A DNA stretch of 64,000 nt. Source: the human T2T-CHM13v2.0 reference genome, Homo sapiens. Every line of letters begins with the position of its first letter. Position 1 is the stretch's first letter. The notes beneath the pieces are model-generated. The model saw only the letters and a list, made by a program, of their open reading frames with translations. It made no database searches and had not been told where the DNA came from. The stretch lies in assembly GCF_009914755.1 (NCBI RefSeq), contig NC_060935.1, one strand, 5' to 3'. This document shows, in pieces, positions 17,220 to 34,605 of this stretch. The translations under genes were made by a program, and so were the position numbers.

Positions 17220-17282
17220 AATTTTTCTTTATTTTTCTCTCTTTCTGTCTCCATCACCTTTTTCTGTCTCTCTCTCTTTTAG
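17220..17282 (+). promoter_or_regulatory. Polypyrimidine tract and splice acceptor of the OR5D17P coding exon (paralogous acceptors end at 35708, 49269 and 57843)
   Basis: Long pyrimidine run ending TTTTAG 9 nt before the start position; typical OR gene structure. Confidence 0.65.
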
Positions 17283-17291
17283 TGAAGGGCC

Positions 17292-18242
17292 TTGGTACCA
17301 GAAGAGAGAAACCAGAGCTCTGTGACCACATTCATCCTGTTGGGTTTCTCAGAATATCCACACCTCCAGGCGCCCCTCTTCCTGGTGTTCTTGACCACCT
17401 ACACTGTCGCTCTGGTGGGAAACCTGGGCATAATTGTGGTTGTAAGAATCAATCCTAAGCTCCATACCACCATGTACTTTTTCCTCAGTCATCTATCCTT
17501 TTTGGATACTTGTTATTCCAATGTATTTACACCCAAATTGTTAGAGATTTTGGTTGTGGAAGACAGAACTATCTCCTTCAAAGGATGCATGGTACAATTT
17601 TTCTTTGGTTGTGCATTTGTAATCACAGAAATGTTCATGTTAGCGGTGATGGCTTATGACTTGTTTATGGCTGTTTGTAACCCCCTGCTCTACACAGTGG
17701 CTATGTCTCCTAAGCTCTGTGCTCTCCTGGTAGCTGGAACTTACACATGGGGTGGACTCTGTTCCCTGACACTCACTTATTCTCTTTTGGTGTTATCCTA
17801 CTGTGGATCTAACATCATAAATCACTTTGGCTGTGAGTACTCTGCCATTCTTTCTCTATCCTGCTCTGATCCCTACTTCAACCAGATGGCGTGTTTAGTC
17901 ATTTCTATATTCAGTGAAGCTTGTAGCCTCCTGGCCATCCTTGCCTTCTATGTCTTCATAGTTGCCACTGTCATCAAGATGCTTTCTACGGGTGGACCCC
18001 AAAAGGCCATCTCCACCTGTGCCTCCCACCTGACCACCGTCTCCATTTTCCATGGGGTCATCCTGCTCCTTTACTGTGTGCCCAACTCCAAAAGCTCATG
18101 GCTCCTGGTCAAAGTGGCTACTGTACTTTTTACAGTCATAATCCCTATGCTGAATCCCCTGATCTACAGCCTTAGGAACAAAGATGTAAAAGAGACCGTC
18201 AGGAAGTTGATAAACTCCCAATCACCTTTTCACTCAAAATAA
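17292..18242 (+). pseudogene. OR5D17P: OR5D-subfamily olfactory receptor pseudogene; open 316-codon frame but start codon is TTG
   Basis: OR motifs [25 protein letters not shown] and [16 protein letters not shown] are present. The first codon is TTG (17292-17294), with an in-frame TGA at 17283. MAYDR has become MAYDL. The name is inferred from its position about 18.5 kb upstream of OR5D13. Confidence 0.8.
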
Positions 18243-18829
18243 TTCAAATAAATGTTTGTTTATGTGTCCTATGTCCATTTTTTTCATATACATGATTGAT
18301 GAGAGTTTATATTTAAATATATGACTGTGTTTGAAGTCCATTACATATTGGATACGTCACATTTTTCGATGTTCAAGATGCCTTACCATTATCTCTAGTT
18401 TATAACAATGTAATGCATTCTGTTTTACCCCTTTTCAGGAGATTTCAGAAAGAAATTTATTTCAGTCTTCCCACCAGACACTGGTTTTAAGCTATGCTTT
18501 AAAAAAGTGCAGCAACTAGAAGTAATAACTGCCTTTAGGGAGTTACTGGATCAATATTAAAGGCCTCATAACCAACTATTTTGACTTAGCAAGTTTTGTA
18601 AAGTACAAGTTTTTGCTTCACCTTAACATTTTATTCTAGGCCAGATGGGACCTTGGGGTTTACATTATGAAAGATATTACCTTATTTTAAGCTAGGAGAT
18701 ACTAGCTACTATATTTATATTCATCACTCATTTTTGAGTAACAATGTAATATATCATAATCCAATAAAAGTTGAAATAATGCTGAATATCAACAAAAAGT
18801 TCAATTTATTTCTAACAATACTTATATTC

Positions 18830-19232
18830 ATTACTGAAATTGACTCCTTTACAGTTCTGGAGGCTGGAAGGTCATATTCAAGGTGTGGGCAGGGCCACAC
18901 TCCCTGCAGAGACTCCAGGGAAGCTCCTTTTCCTACCTCTTCCACCCCTGGTGACCAGAGGCTTACCTCGGCTGGGGGTAGCAGCACCCTATCTCCACCT
19001 ACCTCTATCTCCACAGGGCCTTCTTCCCTGTGTTTGTGTCACTCTCCAAATCCCACTCTCCTTTCTAAATGGGCACCCATCACTGGATTTATAGGGCCTG
19101 CCCAAATCCATTACGGCCATGTCTTAATTTGATAACATCTGCAAACTCTTTTTTCTGAACAAGGTCACATTCCAGGTGCCAGGGCTAGGACTTGAACATA
19201 TCTTTTTGGAGAGCACACGTAAACCCACTATC
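18830..19232 (-). mobile_element. MLT1-type MaLR LTR
   Basis: ACAGTTCTGGAGGCTGGAAG...AAGGTCACATTC...GGACTTGAACATATCTTTTTGG. Confidence 0.75.
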
Positions 19233-19315
19233 ATGAGTGACCCCAGACATGGCCCTTCTGGTCCTAGATATCAGTTTCCTCACCTATAACCTGAGGGCCG
19301 TCCCAGGAAAAAAAA

Positions 19316-19800
19316 ACATTATATATATAATATATAGGTATATATATAAAATATATGTATATATATATAATATATATGTATATATATAAAATGTATGTGT
19401 ATATATATAAAATATATATACACACACACAAATGTGGTATATATACAAATGTGGTATGGTGTATGTGTGTATAGTATATATTTATACACAAGTTGACAAC
19501 CTGGAGAGTAAGATCTTCCTTGAAGGGGGATTGGTAACATGGATCTTCAAGGACTTCTATACATATACATATAATATATATACACAAACACACACACACA
19601 TCACACACCCCTACTCATACATATATACACACACACACACATACGTGCAATACACATGGTATATATATGGTATACATATATGAAATATATGATATACATG
19701 TGGTTTATGTGTATGTATATATATACACACCTATATGTGTGTGTATATATATACATACACATACACACTCACACACAAACCTACTCATACATACATATAC
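19316..19800. repeat. Degenerate (TA)/(CA)/(TG) low-complexity tract
   Basis: Seen directly; contains a non-repetitive insert at 19490-19565. Confidence 0.9.
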
Positions 19801-21102
19801 CACATTTTCTTTACCCATTCATCGTTTGATGGGCATTTATGTTGATTCCATATCTTTGCAATTGTGAATTGTACTGTGATAAACATACACAATGCAAGTG
19901 TCTTTTTTGTATAATGACTTATTCGTTTTGGGTAGATACTCAGTAGTGGGACTGCTGGATCAAATGGTACATCTACTTTTAGTTCTTTGCAAAATCTCCA
20001 TACTGTTTTTCATAAAGGTTGTACCAATTTACATTCCCACCAACAGTGTATATGTTCCACTTTCACCTCATCTGCACCAACACCTATTGTTTTTGACTTT
20101 TTCATAATGACCATTCTGGCTGGGGTAAGGTGATATCACATTGTGGTTTTAACTTGCTTTGCTTTGATGATTAGCAGTGTTGAAATTTTTTAATATGCTA
20201 GTTGGCTGTTTGCACATCTTCTTTTGAGAAATGGCTATTCACATCATTTGCCCAGGTGTACTGGGATTATTTTTTTTCTTGCTGATTTGTTTGAATTCTT
20301 TGTAGATGCTGGTATTAGTCCTTTGTCAGATGTAAAATTTACAAGTATTTTCTCCCATTCTGTAGGTTGTCTATTTATTCCATTGATTATTTCTCTTGCT
20401 GTGTCAAAGCATTTTAGTTTAATTAAGTCTCATTTATTTATTTTTGTTTTAGTTGCATTTGCTTTGGGGGTCGTAGTCATAAATTATTTGCCTAGGCCAA
20501 TGTCCAGAAGAGTTTCTCTTATGTTAACTTCTAGAATTTTTATGGCTTCAGGATTTAGATTTAAGTCTTTAATCCCTCTTGAGGTCATTTTTTATATGGC
20601 GAGAACTGGGAATCCAGTTTCATTCTTCTGCCTTTTGTTAACCAATTTTCCCATTATCATTTATTGACTAGGAAGTCCTTTCCCCAGTGTATGATTTTGT
20701 CTGTTTTGTTGAAGATCTGTTCGTTGTAGGGATTTGCTCTTATTTCAGAGTTCCTATTCTATTCCATCAGTCTGTGTCTACTTTTATATTAGCACCATGC
20801 TGTTTTTGTTACTACAGCCTTGTAGAATAATTTGAAGTTGGATAATGTGATGCTTCCAGATTTTTTCTTTTTGTTTAGGATTGCTTTGGCTATTCAGGCT
20901 GTTTTTTTAGTTCCATATGAATTTTAGGATTGTTTTTTCTAATTCTGTGAAAAATGACATTATATTTTGGTAGGAATTGCATTGAATCTGCATATTGTTT
21001 TAGGCAGTATGGCTATTTCCACGATATTGATTCTTCCAATCTGTGAGCATATGGGATTTTTTTTTTCATTTGTCTGTGGCATCTACAGTTTCTTTCATCA
21101 GG
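19800..21102 (-). mobile_element. Older L1 (L1PB/L1MA-like) ORF2 3' part
   Basis: Diverged minus-strand L1 text (CACATTTTCTTTACCCATTC... GTTCCATATGAATTTTAGGAT). Confidence 0.8.
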
Positions 21103-21161
21103 GTGAAAACTAATTATTTTTTCTTGTAGTGTAATTGAGATACTTTGGGCTTTCATGTTTC

Positions 21162-26077
<4,916 letters not shown>

Positions 26078-27309
26078 GCTTTCACTTTTCTAAAAAAAAT
26101 TTTCGCATAGTTTTTGTGGACTTAAGGTTGAATTATAACCGGATAGATTTACTTGGGAAAAAAATAGCAAGTTTGCATCACTGGGTTTTCCAAACCATGA
26201 ACTTTCTATATCTTTCTTTTTATTTAGATTTACTTCAATTTTTATAAAAATTGTTGCATCTCTTTTTTTCTGTAAAGTTCTTGCACACATTTTGTTAAAT
26301 AAATCACTGAGTGCTTGAAGTTTTTCATGCCATTTTCATGTCAGTTGTGATATATGTTATTTTTAGATTTTAATACAATTTATTTTTACATTGATTTTGC
26401 TTCTGACAATTCTATTAGAATATCTTATTAATGTTATAACTTATTTGTCGATTATTTTGAGTTTTCAACATATGCATCATATTCTCTTCGATTAAATGTA
26501 AACTTTTTGTGTTGTTCTAAATGATATACCTTTTACTGGTTTGTCTTGTCTTGGTTAACTTGCTAGGCATCTCTGTATTATGTTGACTAAAGAGTAAAAT
26601 TGGGAATCCTTGAGGTCTTAACTTCACAAGGAAATAATTTTTATTTCATATTTAGAATGTTTTCTGTAGGTTTTCTTTTTGTAGATTCCTTTTTATTTTC
26701 TAGGTTACCAACATGGTTTGCTTCACTTTGTTTATTTTCATTTGTTTTTGTTATGCTTGTTTTTTAGTGGATGGTGATGTAATAACCCATACTCTGAATA
26801 ATATCATGGAATTTTATTGTCATACTGTTAAAAAAGAAAAAGCAAATATTGATGTGTATAAATAATATTATTTTATTAATATAAATTCATAAACACACAA
26901 AATTAATCTATATCAATATGTCAGAATAGTAGTCACCCTTGAAGTTTACTGACTGGGAGGAGGCATAGTATGTGCTGCTGGGTAATATTTGATAATAACT
27001 AATATGTTAAACTTGTTGGTTTATGTACAAGTTTGTTCACTTTATTGAGTTGAACTCTTAATTGTGCACTTCGTTGCATTTAAGTTATATTTCAATTAAA
27101 ATAATCTAAAAGAATGAAAGAAATGTGGATTCCTTGGCAGCACTTGGAAAAATCCACATTTTTAAGAAAGTGTTACAGTTAGATTCCATGCACACAGTTC
27201 TTGGGACAGCGTTTGGCACGTAGAGTATTTTTTGTGGATGAACAGCTAGGTCTGGGAGTAAAGGAAAGGGAATGGAAGGTACAAACTGTCTATATGTGGA
27301 TATGATGTT

Positions 27310-27529
27310 GATGAACACCACACATATGTTCATCCGGTGTGATGAACATCACACAGATGTTCATCCGGTGTGATGAACATCACACAGATGTTCATCCGGT
27401 GTGATGAACATCACACAGATGTTCATCCGGTGTGAAGAACATCACACAGATGTTCATCCGGTGTGAAGAACATCACACAGATGTTCATCAGGTGTGAAGA
27501 ACATCAGATGTTCATCAGGTGTGATGAAC
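27310..27529. repeat. 31-bp palindromic minisatellite, 7 units plus a partial unit
   Basis: Unit GATGAACATCACACAGATGTTCATCCGGTGT starting at 27310, 27341, 27372, 27403, 27434, 27465 and 27496 (last unit 27 bp). Confidence 0.97.
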
Positions 27530-29969
27530 CCAACAAAGCCTTGCCTTATCCTGTGGGAGCTTTGGCACACATGTGACATACAGTCTCTGAATTGATCCCC
27601 TTGGGCCAGATCTTTGTATCCATGCCCAATTAGTTAGATGAGCACCCTGGTTCCATGTAGCTGAAGCCAATGCGGAAGAAGTTGACAACCTGGAGAATAA
27701 GATACTCCTTGAAGGGGGATTGGTAGCATGCATATACATCTTCAAGGACTATTATACATATAATTACTGGTAAGAGTGCAAATTGGTAGAATTACTTTAG
27801 AGAGTAATTTGGGAATAGCTACCCTAAGAAAATATAACTTATGACACAGCAATATTGTTTCTGAAAATTTATATTTAAAAAGATCATAAACATATAAATT
27901 TGGATATATTTGAAGTATTAATTATAACAACAAAAGACTGGAGACTCTTAAATGTCCATTAATAACTATTTGGTAATTAATTATAACATATTTTAAAAAT
28001 CACACCATACAACCATTAAAAATACTAAGTCATTTTAATATATACTTATATTTTACAAATACTTCTATCTCTAAAATAGAATCTTTCAGGAAAATTGAAC
28101 AAGGACTACACAGTAGTCATAATTTGAAATCATATATATAAGAAGTACATGTGTGTGTCTCTATTACATATGAACATGCAAGTACATTACTATTTCTTAA
28201 GGATTCAGACAAATGAAGACTTGGCAGTGGTTACTTTAGGTGGGAAAACAGAGAGTGGCATGTGGAGATTTTTTTTAAAGTATCTTTTAAATCACCTTAG
28301 GTAAACATATTATAAAATCAAATACCATTATATTTAATTAATCACAACATGTTTTAATATAGAAATGGATGGCTAAAATATGTTGGCATGATTTCTATTT
28401 TGTGATCAACAAAGTATCTAAAATTTTATAATCATCAAGTATCTGTTTTTGTCTCTGCCTTTCTCTCTTTGTAGGTAGATTAATAGATACATATATTTAC
28501 AAGATATAGTTACCCATATATACAGATAATATGTAAATATCATATGTAAATATATCTGTGTTTTGTGTATTTATATATGTAAATCTTTAACGCACATACT
28601 GTGGATTACATATATATTATTTCCCCTTACAAATATCTCTATATTACTTCAAGAGATAGATTATATTGGACCTAAAAATGAACTGAAATGTATTATTGAG
28701 ATTCATTCTCATTGTTTTATGGCATATTTTTAGAAGAATTATCATTGTCAAGTATGCGTTTTGGTGTATACTTTTTCTTCAATAATTATTTTAAACATTT
28801 CTGGCAATCTTAATATTTTACGCTCTTTGTTTCATGAAATGATACACTTTCAATGTATTTTCAGTTTTCAATTATGGATGTCTTTCTCATTTACAATTAT
28901 CTTAGACTTCTCAAAGTTTTCATTATGCTATATTGCATGTAGTGTTACAGAAGTACAAACACTATGGAGAATTAATGATCTAGGGAATGGTCTAATTTCT
29001 GCCTCTAATGATGCACGGTTAGAATGCTTAATTCAATTCCCAGAGTGTAAAAAATCAAGAATGGAGTTTTCTTTATGAAAATCACATTCTATATCAATTT
29101 AAGCATTAGAATCTCATGCTAATGCCACTTTCATTTCATCCAACAAGTGAGATAATAGAGTTGCTTTGTAAACTGCAATTATTAAAAATATAAATGGCTT
29201 CTGTAAGATTGATTTTTATCGATTAGTTTCACAAATACCTTTTAAATATGTAGCCTGGCACTGAATTAGACACTAGTGCAGTAAAATGCAGTGTGGATTT
29301 AAGAGTGTGGTGGGGAAGAGCACAAGGAAAGCATCAAATCAATCAAACTAGAAACCTAAGGTAATTGATATGACTGATGTATGTCTTCAGATTGCTGTGA
29401 TTTTGTAGCATCTCTCTATATGGAAGGATATTATTTGAGTCCTGGTTATTCCACATAGCACTATTGTGGCCTAGAAAACTAGACCATGTATTGTTTGTTT
29501 CTTTGTCAAATACGTGTATTGTTAGGAAATATCATGTGGGTTTGCATACACTAAATAAATTTCTATTTATGTAGTAATTAGGAGCTCAAACATGTTAATC
29601 ACTCCCAGTCCAACTCCCACCACCCACATACACACACACAGTCATGTACACTAAAAAAAAAAAATTCTGGAAAATGGTGTAGCAAATTGATTCGAAAGGA
29701 GCAAGTGTGGACGTTAAGAGGCTGCTTGTTATACATTTCATTATCTCAGTGTCAGAGGTGATGAGGTCTTAGCACTAAGCAGCAGTGATTGTAGTGGTAA
29801 AGATTAAATGAAATGGGCCTTTTTCTGTGAATGTTAACATGAAAAAAAAAACTTTACATATTTTCAGATTTACAAAACAAGTGGAAAACTTGTTCAGAGA
29901 ATTCCTATACACTCCTCACTCAGTAATCCACACTTGACATCTTACACAATTATCATTACAATTTTGTCA

Positions 29970-31030
29970 AAAAGAGCTTCTAGGTCACAAAATAATCAAT
30001 CGAGTAAAAAGTTAACCTACAGAAAAGGAAAACGTACTTGCAACCCATATATCTGATAGCAGGTTAATATCCAAAATATATAAAAAGCTCAAATAACTCA
30101 ATAGCAAAAAATAATCTAATAACACAGTTGAAGAAAATGGCCTAAGTGCTTCAATAGATATTTCTCCAAAAAAGACAAACAAATGGCCAATAGTTATATT
30201 AGAAATCAATATCACTATTCATTAGAGGAATGTAAATCAAAACCAAAAAGGGATTATGTCACCTAATGTGCTAAGATAGCTGATATATATATATATATAT
30301 GGCTATTATATATATGTATGTTTTATGGCTATTACATGTATAAACACACACACACATATATGACAAGAATTAGCAAGGATGTGGAGAAAAGGGAATTTTT
30401 ATATACTGTTCATAGGAATGCAAAATGGTGCAAGTGATATGGAAAACAATATGGTGGGTCATCAAAAAATTAAAAATAATATTACTGTATGATCCAGCAA
30501 TACCGCTTCTCAGTATTATATCCAAAATAATTGAAATCAGGATCCCAAGGGTATATCTGTATTCCATGTTTATTGCAACACAATTCACAATAGGCAAGAT
30601 GTATTACAACCTAAATATTCATCAACAGATGAATAAATAAATTGTTGTATATACATACATACAATAGAATACTATATTGCCATATAAAATAAGGAAATTC
30701 TGTAACTACGACAACATGGATGAAGCTTGAAGACATGATTTTATGTAAAATAAGCCAGTTGCAGAAGGGCAAATGCTGCATGGTTCACATACGTGAAGTG
30801 TCTGTAATAGCCAAATTTATAGTTTGAAATAGTGGAATGGTGGTTGCTAGGGGCTGGGCAAAGTGGGAATTAAGAAGTCACTAATCAGTGGGCATAAAGT
30901 TAATAAATTCCATAGATCTGTTTTAAAACATTGTATTCATAGTTAACAATACTGTATTGTGCACTTAAAAATCTGTTAGGTAGGTACATCTCATGTTAAG
31001 TGTTCTCATTAAAATATTCACACAAAAAAC
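29970..31030 (+). mobile_element. L1MA-like 3' end nested in an L1MB-like remnant (about 29850-33070, -)
   Basis: GGATGTGGAGAAAAGGGAA, YDPAIPLL frame, AGTTAACAATACTGTATTGTGCACTTAAAA. Confidence 0.65.
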
Positions 31031-31078
31031 ATTGGTACATTACTACAACTAAACTCCAGTCTTTATTTGAATTTCATC

Positions 31079-32816
31079 TTTTTTTTTTTTTGTTCTGGGG
31101 TACATGTGCAGAACGTGCAGGTTTGTTATATAGGTATACACATGCCATGGTGGTTTGCTGCACCCATCAACCCATCGTCTACATTAGATATTTCTCCTAA
31201 TGCTATCCCTCCCCTAGACCCCACCCTGCAACAGTCCCTGATGTATTATGTCCCTCTCTCTGTGTCCATGTGTTCTCATTGTTCAACTCCCAGTTATGAG
31301 TGAAGACGTGCAGTGTTTGGTTTTCTGTTCTTGTGTTAGTTTGCTGAGAATGATGGCCTCCAGCTTCATTCATGTCCTGGCACAGGACATGAACTCATTC
31401 TTTTTTATGGCTGCATAGTATACCATGGTGTATATGTGTCACATTTTCTTTATCCAGTCTATCATTGATGGGCATTTGGGTTGGTTTCTAGTCTTTGCTA
31501 TTGTGAACAGTGCTGCAATAAACATACATGTGCATGAGTCTTTATAGTAGAATGATTTATAATCCTTTGGGTATATACCCAGTAATGTGATTGCTGGGTC
31601 AAATGGTATTTCTAGTTCTAGATCCTTGAGGAAGTGCCACGTTGTCTTCTATAATGGTTGAACTAATTTACACTCCCGCCAATGGTGTGAAAGCATTTCT
31701 ATTTCTCCACAACCTCTCCAGCATCTGTTGTTTCCTGACTTTTTAATGATCACTATTCTAACTGGCATGAGATGGAATCTCAATGTGGTTTTGATTTGCA
31801 TTTCTCTAATGACCAGGATGAGCTTTATTTCACGTTTGTCAGCTGCATAAATGTCTTCTTTTGAGAAGTGTCTGTTCATATCCTTCACCCACTTTTTGAT
31901 GGAGTTGTTTGTTTTTTTCTTGTAAATTTGTTTAAGTTATTTGTAGATTCTGGATATTAGCTCTTTGTCAGACGGATAGATTGCAAAAATTTTCTCCCAT
32001 TCTGTAGGTTGCCTGTTCACTGTGATGATAGTTACTTTTGCTGTGCAGAAGCTCTTTAGTTTAATTAGATTGCATTTGTCAGTTTTGGCTTTGTTGCCAT
32101 TGCTTTTAGTGTTTTAGTTATGAAGTCTTTGCCCATGCCTATGTTCTGCATGGTATTGCCTAGGTTTTCTTCTAAGTTTTTTAAGGTTTTAGACCTAACG
32201 TTTAAGTCTTTAATCCATCTTGAGTTAATTGTTGTGTAAGGTGTAAGGAATGGATCCAGTTTCAGCTTTCTGCATATGGCTAGCCAGTTTTCCCAACACC
32301 ATTTATAAAATAGGGAATCCTTTCCCCATTGCTTGTTTTTGTCAGGTTTCTATCAGATATCAGATGGTATTCAAAGAGAATATAACACCAAGGAATCCAA
32401 CTTACAAGGTATGTGAAGGACCTCTTCAAGGAGAACTACAAACCACTGCTCAACAAAATAAGAGAGGATACAAACAAATGGAAAAACATTCCATGCTCAT
32501 GGATAGGAAGAATTGATATTGTGAAAATGGCCATACTGCCCAAAATAACTTATATATTCAGTGCTATCCCCATCAAGCTACCATTGGCTTTCTTCACATA
32601 ATTGGAAGAAAACTACTTTAAATTTCATATGGAACCAAAAAAGAGCCTGCATAGCCAAGACAAGCCTAAGCAAAAGAACAAAGCTGGAGGGATCACGCTA
32701 CCCAACTTCAAAATATACTTCAAGGCTACAGTAACCAAAACAGCATGGTATTGGTACCAAAACAGATATATAGACCAATGGAACAGAACAGAGGCCTCAG
32801 AAATAACACTGCACAT
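31079..32816 (-). mobile_element. L1PA7/8-like 5'-truncated element with 5' inversion (about 32370-32816 on +)
   Basis: poly(T), 3'UTR and ORF2 on - to about 32368, then + strand ORF2 ([12 protein letters not shown]...NRTEASEIT). Confidence 0.9.
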
Positions 32817-34365
32817 TGACTTTGAGAGTCTTAAGGAGTACTCTCTACATATCCTGTAGAGTACTCCCACGTCTGGGTTTTCCTGATAATGTTCTCATAT
32901 TAAGCTGGGTTTACGGTTTTCAGCATAAGTAAATGACAAAAGCAAAGTGTCTCTCTTATAACATCATGTCAAGGGTACATGATACTCACATCATGATACC
33001 ACTGGTCGTGGTAACTTTCATCTGTGCTTAAAGTAGTTTTACATGTCCGATTTCTTCACTATGAATTTGAATGTGGAATTTGAAATGTAGTTGTATTCAT
33101 ACTAGCTATTTCTGAATTGTTCCTTATTTTTTTCCTATTCTCAAACTATGCTGTTGATGTTTTATTTGGTGAACATGTACAATTTCAATAATTCAAGAGT
33201 TAAAGGCAGTTAATGGAATAATTGTGGTGATGTAATTATCCCTAATAATTTAGAAGAAAATGTATCTATCATAATGACACAAGAGACAGCCAATTAATTG
33301 TGTTTGGAGGCCAACCAAGAAAACTCTAATTATACTCTGTAGTCATGGAGACAGATAAAACCCAGAGTTTAGTAGACATTATATTATAGATTTGGCTTTT
33401 TGTTTTTTCCTTGTATTGAGATTTCTTATATCCTAGAAATAAAATGCTATTTTGCTGGCACACTCATTGAAATGCACTACCGCTTTTAAAGCCTGCTGCT
33501 GTCTTAAAGAATGTTTGACTATTGAGAAGAAAAGTACCTGTTGTTCATTAATCAGAAAAATAGATTCTCAGAAAATTAATCAAGAGCTTCTGGCTTCAGG
33601 TTAGTTCATTTATCTTTTGCTATCTTTCAATTCAGGTGGAAAACATGGGAATCCAGTGCATATAGATTACCCTAAAAGTTAAATTGGCCTCTTTTTATGG
33701 CTAGAGACATTTTAATTTTCACTAACAAAGCATGAAGTATTCATTAGAATTACATTTTGTAATACAGACACCGCTAGTGGTGGCACTAGGGAACAATGGA
33801 GAAAAGTCTACAAAAACTTATGAGATATTTGTTGATTTTGAACTTCCCTGTGCCTGCTTTGTCTTGAGTACAAGCCTAATGACAACCCATTGATGTTTAT
33901 GAAATGCTTTTGAAATAGCTAAGCCTTAAATATCAGGTCTCTTTCTGAGAATCTCTTTTGTTATTGACCTATTAACTGTGCCAAGTATCCCAAGCAGTGG
34001 TAGCAGCCTTCACTACTCTGGTCAAACGTTGAAGGGCAAACCATTCATTAGCATTGTGTAAATGATAATGAATGCTTAAAGTGAAATCACCCAGGCCCAC
34101 TTGGTACTGGAAAGAATATGCTCATGATGAATGCTCTGTGTTGAGGGTTGCTTGTAGTGCATGTAAGGAAATGCATAGGACTGGAGCTTGGCACTCATTT
34201 CAGGGAAAGCTGAGAAGATGAAAAAAGAAATATACATGGATTTCTGCTGCATCGTCCTATTTTTATTCATGCTTTTTCACTCATAACAAGTCCATTTACT
34301 TTAGGTTTTATTATTTTCACTCCCCTGTCTTCTTAAAGTTTGTCTTATCATGAAAGAGAGATAAC

Positions 34366-34605
34366 CGCTTGAGCTCAGAAGTTTGAGAACACCCTGGGCA
34401 ACATAGTGAGACCCTGTCTCTAGAGAAAAATAAGAAATTATCCTAGTGTGGTGGTGCATGCCTGTAGTCCCATCTACTGAGGAGGATCACTTGAGCCTGG
34501 GAGTTCGAGGCTGCAGTGAGCATTGATCTTGCCACTGCACTCTAGCCTGGGTGACAGAGTGAGACCCTGTCTCAAAAACAAGCAAACAAAAATAAATAAA
34601 TAGAA
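34366..34605 (+). mobile_element. 5'-truncated AluJ-like element
   Basis: GCTTGAGCTCAGAAGTTTGAG...GAGGCTGCAGTGAGC...GACCCTGTCTCAAAAA. Confidence 0.85.

Noticed and set aside
18734-19132. 132-aa Ser/Pro-rich ORF
   Set aside because: Lies in an MLT1 LTR, has a non-ATG start, and has no recognisable domain.
19264-19867. Tyr/Ile/His/Thr-rich ORFs (also 37865-38200, 57541-57795, 60339-60612)
   Set aside because: Artefacts of TA/CA microsatellites.
27310-27529. CRISPR-like array (31-bp palindromic repeats)
   Set aside because: Units are directly adjacent with no unique spacers, there are no cas genes, and the context is eukaryotic; it is a minisatellite.
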